A stretch of DNA of 59,125 nucleotides, the filler included, from Callorhinchus milii (taxonomy: Eukaryota), in the NCBI RefSeq assembly GCF_018977255.1. It is 4 parts of 4 records of this genome, joined end to end, with 100 filler letters (N's around TTAATTAATTAA, not from the genome) between each part and the next. Parts side by side here need not be neighbours in the genome. Positions count along the whole stretch, not along the records: positions 19,070 to 44,174 come from NW_024705752.1; 3 more parts are not named here. One strand, 5' to 3'. A model generated the notes under the pieces. It saw only the letters and a list, made by a program, of their open reading frames with translations, was not told where the DNA came from and ran no database searches. Position numbers and translations under genes: made by a program. Shown here in pieces: positions 25,381 through 35,880 of this stretch (the stretch's first letter is position 1; each line of letters begins with the position of its first letter).

Positions 25381-25787
25381 CATGTGTCGCAAAGTCGCTG
25401 AAGCCTTTATGTTCCAGAGATATTTTAATATCAAATCAAATCAAAACAGATTTCATTTCCTTTAGGGACGGGATTGAATAAATCCTCACAGATTTGTTTG
25501 TAGTGAACGAAAATATTGTTAACTCTCTTTATTCTCTTTAAATTTTGAATTGTAGAGTTAATTTCAAGTGACGAGTACCTTTGCGGTGGGAGGGGGCGTA
25601 GGTGGAAGAGTTTGGTTGTGGAGGATTGCGGGCGTGAAGTGTTGGGGTCTTGAGAAGCCAGCAGCCACTGTTGATATTCAAGCTGATGTAGGAAAAGCGA
25701 ACGGCATCGGCTCCCGGATAAAGCACACACACACACACAAACGCACACACACAGATATGCACATAAACACACACACACATTGACTTT

Positions 25788-26008
25788 GAAGGGAGCTTTA
25801 TCCTTTCTCGATGTCTGATCTGGGAGTATGCATGGAAAAGTGTAGAGGAAGCTTTACCGTGTCTGTAAGCCTGACCTGGGAAAATGGCCGCACAGTGTAG
25901 TGGAAGTTTTGCTGTGATTGTAACCCTTCCCACATGTGGGAATGTGGACGCAGAGTGTAGAGGCAGCTTTATTGTATCTCTAACCCTGGCCCAGGAGTAC
26001 GAACAGGC
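25788..26008 (-). repeat. Degenerate copies of the 54/55-bp satellite, inverted relative to the 28.2-28.8 kb array
   Basis: agtgtagaggaagctttaccgtgtctgtaagcctgacctggga is the reverse complement of the 28 kb unit. Confidence 0.75.
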
Positions 26009-26042
26009 TGTGTACCATTTTCAGATTTCTATTATCGAATCG

Positions 26043-27620
26043 CTAGCAATGTGTTTTATAAAATAATCTTAAAATTAGCAGAAAAGGAAATGTCACCAGT
26101 TTCTTAAGTTGCTCCTTGAATTTCTTCTGGGTAACCGCGTAAATACATGTGTTTGTACAGGAACTCAAAAGCTGCAATATGTAACCGGTTTGCCAGCTGA
26201 CATACTGAGAGGCATTATGGCGTGTGTAGGAATATGTTTTTGAAATCCTCCGGTATAAAAAATAAAGAACATATGTCATCCATAATAAAATGAAACTGAT
26301 GGATACAGCAAATAGCAAAATGATGGATTTCCTTCTGTTCCTCATCTGTGGATCACTGTCACTCGCTCCTCTATTCCTGATCCCAACACTGTGTCCCCGC
26401 AATCTCCTGCGGGCTCGACTGGCCACCAGTATGTGCCTCACAGTCAGGGCGTTGAGCAGCAAAATCAGAACAAATGGGAGTAACGGGGTTAAAATGTGAT
26501 TAAACATCTCAAACGCTGCCCATGTGAGAGTAATGTAGTAGCTTGTTTTGGGCACGCATTCCCACGGAATATCATTAACTATGTACTGTGGTTCAACTGC
26601 AAAACACCAAGGAATGTTTTGCACAAAGAAGATCGCACTCAGTACCGCAATTGCTGTACTACATGTATTTTTTGTGCAATATTTTGCTTTCAGGTTTTGG
26701 CAACAGATAGCAACATAACGATCCAAGCTAAAAGCCACAGTGAACCAGACAGACATTGCCGATGTTGAAGCAGACAGGACCATGAGAGCCTGACACACAG
26801 GAGTGATGGACACGAACGGATTTCGGAAATAAGAAGGAATAACTGAGACGTCTCAAAGCTCTTCACAGAATATCCTGCAAAGTGAGATAACTTTATATTG
26901 TGGGCGAAATGCGTCAGTTAAAGGCAAACAATATTACACTGGTACAATTGTGGATAAAACGCCAGTGAACACCAGTAGCAAAAGCTTGGAAACCTTGGCT
27001 CGACCTTCAGCTCAATGAGGTGTTGTGGGTTCCAAATTACAAACTTCTGACTCAGAGGCAAGAGCACTAGTATCAGGTGCGATTTTCCGTTTTTTCTCTG
27101 TCTCTCTCTGTAATATATATTTATATGTTATACCAATAGCAATATACCGGCTCAAAAACATTTGATAGAGCGCCTTCTGGCGTCGTCCTAACACGTCAAC
27201 GCGTTTGACGAAACTTGACTGCAACTACTGCACCTTTGGTCAATCGATATCTAAAGGGCTTGCAGTCACGGAATAAGTTTTCAAGTTTCTCTCGAAGATT
27301 ATATTACAAGACACTCAAATCAAATCCATTCTCTTCACAAATTGTTCCATAAGATTTTAAGCATCCAATGAGGCCATTCGGTTTTTTATATTAAGTTCTG
27401 ACACAAATTACGGGAAATGTTCATTTTCTTGACACGGGGCTTGAACTACGTTCTGATTCAAAAGGAAAAGCGCCAGCAGCCGAGTCAGGCTGGAAACTTT
27501 GCTTCACTGCAAATTACTGTAAGGGATGAACTGGTTAAACCACTTGCCAGGAACTCCAAAGGCAGCGAGGATCGGATAGTAAATATGTTCAATCCTGCGC
27601 ATTAGCGCAATTCCCATCAT
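26043..27620 (-). pseudogene. GPR139/142-like class A GPCR: exon 1 27548-27620, remnant exon 2 26043-about 26842; the TM1 end to TM2 coding part is missing
   Basis: Exon 1 MMGIALMRRIEHIYYPILAAFGVP(G) ends in a GC donor (G|GCAAGT). Open frame ITPVC..SVWFTVAFSLDRYVAICC..NIPW..LLNALTVRHIL..RRKSIILL..SSCTNTCIY. The VNL..CGLSKC..AMA segment present in the 19.4 kb paralogue is absent and SINE remnants lie in its place. Confidence 0.8.
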
Positions 27621-28204
27621 CGCAGCGAACTGATGATACCTATTTTTTGGTATAGACTTTACGCTAACAAGATAATATTGAGGAGCAGAAAACGCAGTCT
27701 AATTTATAAAGAGATTGAACGCTCCATTGAGCAAATTTACTTGCGTGATCATGGATGAAATTCAGCCATGTGGAAAATATGTACTCTCCCTGAGCTGTGC
27801 AAATTAACTCTACTATTTACTTTTCTCCAGCTTGTTTTATTTATCCATGTGGAATCTCTTGGCAATGCTTTCAAGATCCGAGATGTTATCCTGCGTAAAT
27901 GGCAGTATCCAAAGCAAATTGTCTTGTTGTGAAAGTATCCCAAAGACAGATCCATATATGTGCCCATTTGCAAACGGAAATTCAGTGTCTGGAATTGATG
28001 GCACATTCTCTCTTGGAGACCCGCACCATACTTAAATTATTCTGGAGAATACTGGGTAGAGGATGGCAAGGATCAAGGCTTTGGGAACCCAGTTGGGCGT
28101 GGAGGTACTGTTGGAGTTTAACCAATGAATGATATTGCTCGCGATAGAGAATCATTTTCCAAACAATTCCAATACGCCTTCCGTGCAGTCCATACATTTT
28201 GTGC

Positions 28205-28795
28205 AAATTGGTTAAAGACACAGTAAAGCTCCCGCTACACAGTGCGTACACACGCTTAGGTCAGAGTTAGTGACACAGTAAAGCTCCATCTAAACTGTGC
28301 GTCCACACTCCCAGGTCAGGGTTAGAGACACAGGATAGCTCCTCTACACTGTGTGTACACACTCCCAGATCAGGGTTAGAGACACAGTAAAGCACCCTCT
28401 GCACTGTGCGTACACACTCCCAGGTCAGGGTTAGAGACACAGTAAAGCTCCTCTACACTGTGTGTACACACTCCCAGATCAGGGTTAGAGACACAGTAAA
28501 GCTCCCTCTGCACTGTGCGTACACACTCCCAGGTCAGGGTTAGAGACACAGTAAAGCTCCTCTGCACTGTGTGTCCACACTCCCAGGTCAGGGTTAGAGA
28601 CACAGTAAAGCACCCGCTACACTGTGTGTACACACTCCCAGGTCAGGGTTAGAGACACAGTAAAGCTCCTCTGCACTGTGTGTCCACACTCCCAGGTCAG
28701 GGTTAGAGACACAGTAAAGCTCCCTCTGCACTGTGCGTACACACTCCCAGGTCAGGGTTAGAAACACAGTAAAGCTCCCTCTAAACTGTGCGTCC
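28205..28795 (+). repeat. 54/55-bp tandem satellite, about 11 copies
   Basis: Unit cacactcccaggtcagggttagagacacagtaaagctccctctgcactgtg(c/t)gta; gttagagaca recurs at 28321, 28375, 28430, 28484, 28539. Confidence 0.95.
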
Positions 28796-28967
28796 CTCCA
28801 CGCTCCGAAGTAATGGTCAGTGGCTGCAATCTTTACAGCTGTTCGTATCTCTCCAAAATATCACCTCTTTTCATAATGACTTTCTTTTACCTGCGCTAAT
28901 CACTTCAAATGATAGAGTAGGTGGACATGAATACTGAAGCGTGATTTTTAACAACAAAGTTTAGTAA

Positions 28968-29044
28968 CTGCTTCGAGGTTTCGAAACTGACACCTTTCGC
29001 CTGTGAGGCAAACGTGATCACTACTGTGCTACACTACGGAAAAT
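28968..29044 (-). pseudogene. tRNA-Val(CAC)-derived pseudogene
   Basis: Reverse complement tttccgtagtgtag[cacag]tagtgatcacgtttgcctCACaggcgaaaggtgtcagtttcgaaacc aligns with the vertebrate tRNA-Val consensus; D-loop insertion and decayed 3' acceptor strand. Confidence 0.7.
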
Positions 29045-29439
29045 ACACTGACATGATTACTGTCGAGAATTTAATAAAATTCAAACGATGCTCCACCTGC
29101 TTTTCGAATCTTTGAGAAAACTCAAATGTGGGATTTAACAAGCTGAAAATAAACAGTGTCTTCCGAATGTCCGCAGACGAATGTGGTTTATAAACTCTCA
29201 GGTAGGAAGATAAGAAAAGCTCTAAGCCATTCAGCCGTGAAACCAGTGTCTGGGGCGTAGCAACATTTTAGAATCAAAGGTCGAACTGCAAACTAACAGC
29301 AAATTTCTGGCAATTTATTTGCAAAGCAGTGCAGCAGGACAGTCAACAAAAATGTCTCCGTATTGGCAGGAGAAAGTTTTACCATGAGCAGTGAGAGATG
29401 TTGTTACAATTTGTTTTGCAGAGNAAAAAGCATAGGTGG

Positions 29440-29521
29440 GATATTGTGGCCCAGCGGTCTGAGGCGCTGGATTTCAGCTACATTCTCTTTGGGGATGTGG
29501 GTTCGAATCCCAGCGCTATCA
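29440..29521 (+). pseudogene. tRNA-Leu (AAG/TAG body) pseudogene whose anticodon position reads TCA
   Basis: 82 nt, colinear with GGTAGCGTGGCCGAGCGGTCTAAGGCGCTGGATT..GTGGGTTCGAATCCCACCGCTGCCA; two mismatches in the anticodon stem. Confidence 0.75.
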
Positions 29522-30912
29522 GATGCTCATGATCTTGTTCAACTTGTACAATGTTCACGTCAGATGNTTTTTTTCTGAACAAAAACAGCTGTGCGTTCCA
29601 TGACTGAATCTATCTTCCAATAACTAAGCAGCAGCCAATGTGTTTAGTCGGCGAGGCAATACCCTGACATGTGATAGTGTCAATGGCCTTTCCATCACTT
29701 TCATTCCAGCTGCAAAAAGGTTCACTCCTACAGCTCCAGGAATCCCATTCCATGATAAGTGGTAAACCTCTTCTGATAAGTCACTTTTACTTGAAATGCA
29801 TGCGAAAGAGAGGTAGCAGAAAGTCACTGAATTTCCATGAAAAAGAAAAGTGGCTCTCATTCAGGAAGTGAGGAATGCTTTTGAAATTTCAAAAAAAAAC
29901 AAGAATCAGAAACTATAAACAATTTAAATTTGGCAGTATTTCTTGGTAACGGGTTGCAGCTCAGCGTGAAAAAAATAACTGATCGTTATCTACGGTCATA
30001 TCACTCGTATATTTCTGACACATTTCAAACTAGGCAACGAAAAAGTTGTCGGTAAATTTGTTACTGACTTGACCCAAGTCATGTTTGAAAGCCTTTTGTA
30101 TTTCATTGACTGTTCTGGGACAAGCATACGGCTGATCAGCAAATAATCCCATATCACACAGTAGCCAGTGTTTCCATCTATTTACATTGAGAATTCACCT
30201 TTGAAAAACTCACTAATAGGCGTCATTATTTCTTATGGATGGTTTAATTCGGTTTTCAAACCATGTGTGGCAGGATGTGTTGGAATTTGATCGACAGGAA
30301 GACTATTAGCTGTGTATTTTCGTAGAATTGTCGAATTATAAGCACAGAAGGCGATCATTCGGACCATCGTGTCCGTGTCGGCTCTTTTTAGAGAGCTATT
30401 CAATTCAATTCCACTCCAGCCCGCTCTCCCCAAAGCCCGTTAAAAGTTCACCTCCCCAACCTGTTTCCTCTCCACTTGACTCCAAATAGTGTCTCAGGAT
30501 TCTTCCAGGATTATCGAACAGATAGCAAACTTCGTGATGACACAAACTCGACAACATCAGTTTCACTCCGGTCCTCCTCGACTCACGCAATCTTGAAACA
30601 TCAAAAGTCTGAAAGGCCGGAGCTCACTAACCAGTTAGGTTGGACATTCAGTATAAATTCTGCTGTCGTATCGGAGTAAAACAAACAACATTAGCAGCAG
30701 CGAACAACATAATATTAATAATAAACCTATCATTAGATATACCGCCTCATCACTGTTAGAGAAGTCTCAAAATGTTTCGCAAAACATACTGTAAGGTGAA
30801 TTGACTGAATGTTTTGTGGGCGAAACGCGGCTGCCAATTACACACAGCAATACAGTCGTGGTTTGAGTGACCAAAGTAAAAAAAAATTTTTGGAGGGTAT
30901 TATGATTTTGCC

Positions 30913-31310
30913 AGATTAGAGATTAGATTAGCGAGCGGTCAGGTGGATGGCATTATCCCATAGGCTGGGGCAGCCAACCCAACAGGACCATAGTGGGCTC
31001 TTATGTGAGCCCTGGGGGGGTGGGGGCAGAGGTTTTTTTTTTGTTTGTTTTTTTTTGTTTTTTTTGTGCGCGCGCACGTACCTGAAAACTAATCTATGAC
31101 GTCGCAGTTCCCCCGCTCCGTCCCCTCCCCTCGCTAGCTGCACTCGCTCCGGCGTCGAGTTTAAGTACCTGGGTCAGTAGGCCCAGGCTCCTCCCCGCGC
31201 TGTCCTGCTGCCGCTCCCCTGACTGGCTGAACTCGCTCCGGCGTCGAGTTTAAGTACCTGGGTCAGTAGGCCCAGGCTCCTCCCCGCGCTGTCCTGCTGC
31301 CGCTCCCCGA
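30913..31310 (-). mobile_element. Unclassified GC-rich retroposon-like insert with a 78-bp tandem duplication and (TAATC)n-like tail
   Basis: Identical 78-mers at 31142-31219 and 31231-31308; internal A-rich tract; minus-strand 3' end gctaatctaatctctaatct; flanked by SINE fragments. Confidence 0.5.
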
Positions 31311-32079
31311 CTGCAATGTCCCACAAACAGTCATAGATTGAAAATGACCAATATATTATTGATTTTGATTTCGGAGGATTTATTGTTAGGCTCTGTCTAA
31401 TAATTATTATTATTATCAAGTTCTAGGCTCATTCCTCAGGACATCTGGACGTATAGCTCAGTGGTTAGAGCACTCGCCTCGGAAGAAAGAGACATTGGTT
31501 CGATTATTATTCGGGCAAATTTTTTTGGCACTTATCCTTACTCCACACGGCTTGGCTTAACATTGCAGTGAATAGTAACCCGGTTGCTACTCAGATGGCT
31601 GATAGATTTCACTGGTAACATTTCCTTAAAAAAGGGCTAAATAAGTCATTCAACCCACAAGAATTTGTGGGCGACGTATGTGCGTAATTATCTGCCGCAC
31701 TGTCCCACAACTTATGCAGTCAATTAACTTTACAGTACACTCCATGAAGCGCTTTGAGACGTCTCAATGACGTGATAAGGCGTTATATTGGTTATTGTTA
31801 TTTTTACCTTTATCTGCTTCAGTCTTTGTAACTCGCTTCCTCTGCACTGTCTCTTTCACACATTACTATGGTTTGCCACTGCTAAGCCGAGGGAATCTGA
31901 ACTTGAAAGAAAGGAGGAGTCGCAATACATCTCCAGCAATGAACAGAGACAGAGTAATGACGCGGGGATAAGAGTCAACGTCTCAAGTGAACCAACATTT
32001 TTCCACCAGTCGCTGACTTTAGATGATTTCTGGTTGCAATTCACCCAGATATATTGACGTGGATCGAAGAGAGTTGAGA

Positions 32080-32559
32080 ATGAAGCAGATTTTCAGCACA
32101 ACGTATATTATAAACGTACAATAAACGTATATTGCACAACGTACAATAAAGCTTTGGTGTAAGTAGTGCATGAATTTGGATNAAAAAATTATTTTTTACC
32201 TGCAAAATAATTACAGTTTATCGCGGCAGACACTTTCCTAATTCCTTTGCGAGTTTGTTCATTTCTTCTATCTTTCCAGGTGTCTTGGCTGAAAGTGATG
32301 TTTCACAGTCACCTCAGGCCGTGACAGGGAATGAAAACGGAAACGTGTCTATGGAGTGCAACACCACTGTGTCCGGCCCAACCTTTCATTGGTACACACA
32401 GTATGGAAACGGTTCCATCCGGTTCTTGGTTTTGGGAACAAAAGACATCAATATGAAGGACAGGATAAGCGCTTTGGCTAATACAAGACAGAGAAACTGC
32501 ACTCTAACAATCCAAGACCTGCGAGTGTCAGACACCGCCACTTACTTCTGTGCGGAAGG
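32080..32559 (+). pseudogene. TRAV/TRDV: TCR alpha/delta-type V segment V1: intact V exon 32280-32559, leader exon 32080-32158 with in-frame TAA
   Basis: SDVSQSP..MEC..FHWY..LRVSDTATYFCAE. Leader donor T|GTAAGT at 32159; leader codon 15 is TAA, inside a local duplication. Confidence 0.8.
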
Positions 32560-32598
32560 CACAGTGCTGTTTGTCTAAGAGGGACCTGTGCAAAAACA
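32560..32598 (+). other. 23-RSS of V1
   Basis: CACAGTG + 23 bp + GCAAAAACA. Confidence 0.9.
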
Positions 32599-32602
32599 TG
32601 TT

Positions 32603-32960
32603 GGTTTTACTGCAGCTCAATGGTTAGAGCACTCGCTTCACAAGCGAAATAATTGGGTTCAATATCGGGCAGTGCAAAATGTTGGCCAAGTTTCGTTACT
32701 CCACATGCGTCTGTATATCCAGCGGTAAGTCGGAATATGGTTGTTAGTTGGTTGACGGATCGCTTTTCCGATGGTGATAATTCCTATAAATAGAGAAAAT
32801 ATTTCAATCCACAACTGTTTGTGGGACACTGCTGCGCGCAAACGACTGCGACATTACGGCCATAACATAAACAGTCAATTTACTTCACCGTACAACCTAC
32901 CAAATGCTATGTGTCGTCGAATACATGATAAAGCACTATATTAAATGCAAAGTTTACTTT
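32603..32960 (+). mobile_element. tRNA-headed SINE abutting the V1 nonamer
   Basis: actgcagctcaatggttagagcactcgc..gggttcaat head, then Deu core and tail. Confidence 0.8.
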
Positions 32961-34135
32961 TATTTTTACTGGTTTCATAGACGGAAATAGGAACACGTTT
33001 GATAGTAGTTCGGATGATACTTTTTCGGGTGTAATAATCCATCAACAAAATGGATCACTCGATCGAAGACTGTTTGAGAGACGCTGCACTATGCACTTGG
33101 CTGCCAGGTGTTGTCCACAAAACACACTGTCGATACACTTTACACGGTACCCTCTGAAGACCGTACAGTCGACTCGGACAAGTGATAAATCGTTATGTTA
33201 ATTACAAGCCCTTTTATTAAAACCCAAAGGTGGGTTTAGATAATCATATGCATGGAAATGGTTTCCACATATGTAAGACACCAGTTTAACAAAACTATAT
33301 GATTATGTATGAAGGAACATTCCGCGAAATAAATCGTACAACACAGAAACTGGCAGAAAGTTTCCAGCCGTCTGCACACACTCAGGGGCTTCCACTTAAT
33401 ACAACGTCCGACCTCGTTTTAAACATCTATATCACAATAAATCTTGACATTTGATACAGCGCTTCATCTCGTCTCCATGATGCCTCACAGCACTGCAGAG
33501 AATACAGTATAATGTGTCGTGACTGTGAATTTTATGGGCGCACCTCGGGAACCAATTTCACGCAACAGTCGCGGTTTCAGGGATAAAGTTTTGAGAGGTT
33601 GTTAACAGGACTTGTTTTTCAAATGTGCTCACCACATCCAGCACTGCTTGTGAGACAACTTGCGTGCACATGGGCTGCCGCGTTTAGCCCACATAACAAA
33701 CAGTCACTACTGTTTAATGCACAAACTGAGAAGCGCTATGAGAGTTCACAGTAATTTGATCAGGAACTATATCAAATGCACGGATTACTGTCACTATAGA
33801 AGCAGAGATGTGAAAATCTGCTGTTTGTGAAATGCGGGGGTTGAGGGTTGGGGGGAGGGCGAGGAGGGATTGTCCTGCCATCGGATAGTTGGCATAACAA
33901 GCGTGGACCTGAGTAATAAAAGACAATTAATAAGTACATGATCAGAGTGTCGCCCAACAGAGATTTACCTGCCCCGAGACTTGTTTCGTGGCCAGTCCTC
34001 GCCTCGTGACATGAAAAGTTAACTGATCAGGAGAGTCCTTCAAGGGAACAGAAAAGTGGAACTCATGTACAGGCATTGGAGGAATTTAAGGAGGGAGTAA
34101 CTTGCTCCATGTGTCAGACACCCGGTTCTACAGAG

Positions 34136-34373
34136 ACATGTCAGTGATGGAAGAGAACCAATGGAGGAGCGGGATGGCAGAGCAGAGAAGATGACGAGCA
34201 ACGAGAGAGACACAAGTTTAGTACGTAACCCTCAGACCTGCTCCTTCACGGTATATGGCAACTTCTGCGTATGATTTCTTATTCAGCTCATCACTGTATC
34301 GTACTTCCTCTCATCCAACATTCTCCAACTACACCATCAACGCTGTCTCAACGCCCGTTGCCATTAAATACAT
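34136..34373 (+). promoter_or_regulatory. Putative V2 promoter, conserved with the V5 promoter (41656-41895)
   Basis: Shared gacatgtcagtgatgga.gagaaccaatggaggag..gcagagcagagaagatgacg, containing CCAAT and a TGACG CRE half-site. Confidence 0.6.
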
Positions 34374-35238
34374 ATGACAATGTATATCTATGTGGCAGCC
34401 GCCATCGTTATCTTGTCAGGTAAGCCATCAACTCAATAAACATATCTGTATCCCGCAGATATTGACCAATGCCTATTTTCTTGCATTAGATAAGCAAAAC
34501 GCTGCAGGAATTTTGGCGTAATAGAGTCCTGTAGCTCAGTTGACATAGCACTCGCATCGCAAGAGAGAGGACCTGGGTTTGATGCCTGGGCAGGGAGAAA
34601 CCTCAGGTGAATTTCGTTACGACGAACCACACGACGTTGCTTCAATAGCTGTAGGAATCCTTTGTAAGTGAATTTGCGAATGGATTTTCATGGTAGGAAA
34701 ATCCCTACGANTTTTTATTCACGATTCATTCAATCAAACCACGACTGTTCGTGTGCTATTGCATAATTGTGTGCTGCGTTGGCCCAAGAAATACAATTAA
34801 AAAGTTTTCTGCGACGTACTTTGTAATGTTTCGAAGACACGATGAGTCGTTGTATCAAATAGAGGTAATAGTATTATTATTAACGTTCTCATTGTATTGA
34901 ACGCTGATTTCTGTCTTGTTCCCAGGATATTGTGGAGGAGATTCTGTGACACAGCTCCAATCTGCTGTGACAGTGAATGAAGGAGAGGCTGTTTATCTGC
35001 AGTGTAACTACACAGCTACAACCGGCAGCGATGCATATCTGTTCTGGTACAGACACTATCCCAACAAAGCTCCAGAATATATCCTTAATACCTACATCAA
35101 GAATAACAAGCAGCAACGTGCAGACTTTGCAAAAGAACGTTTCTCAACGAATGTGTCTAACGCGGAGAGAACCGTTCACTTGAATATATTCCAAGTGAGA
35201 GTTACAGACTCCGCGGTGTATTACTGTTCACTGAGCCC
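34374..35238 (+). CDS. TRAV/TRDV: TCR alpha/delta-type V segment V2 (leader 34374-34419, V exon 34926-35238), apparently functional
   Basis: MTMYIYVAAAIVILS|GYCGGDSVTQ..LQC..LFWYRHYP..DSAVYYCSLSP; RSS CACAGAC-23-ACAAAAACT at 35239-35277. Confidence 0.92.
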
Positions 35239-35664
35239 CACAGACGCACAGATCAGCGGTTCCTCCCTACAAAAACTGTCAGGTGGAGTCCTGTAGCTCA
35301 GTAGAGAGAGGATTCGCTTCGCTTTGTGCACGTTTCCTTATTCCACGAACAACTCTGTTCAACGAGCAGTAAAAGAAGGAACCCGGTTGTTATTCGATTG
35401 GGGAATCGATTTCCCAGCGGTAATAATTTCTTCAAAACAATAATATTAATACTGAAGTATTCATTCAATCCAGTGGGACACTGCTGTGAGCAATTGACTG
35501 CCGAATTTCACCCACACAATATGCAATCAACTCGTGTACAGTCTATTACGTGAAGCGATTTGAAGTGTCTCGAATACGAGATATGGCGCTATACCAAGTG
35601 AATTACTGCAATGAATTTTATTATCAATATTAAATATAATAATGCTACATTCACATAAATAACT

Positions 35665-35880
35665 TCAATAATAATAATAATAATAATAATAATAATCCTT
35701 GCATTTGATATAGCGCTTTTCACGTCGGGAGGACGTCCCAAAGCGCTTCACAGAACACACTGTAAAGTGAATTGACTGTATATTTGTGGGCGAACGCGGC
35801 AGCCAATTGCGCACAGCAATGTTCCACAAACAGTCGTAGATTGAAAATGACCAATTTATTATTGTTTTTGGTTTTGGTTC
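35665..35880 (-). mobile_element. Young SINE subfamily copy with long (TTA)n tail
   Basis: Near-identical to 38775-39050 and 51104-51311. Confidence 0.9.

Noticed and set aside
21803-28795. Tandem arrays as CRISPR-like repeat-spacer systems
   Set aside because: Units abut directly with no unique spacers; eukaryotic satellites.
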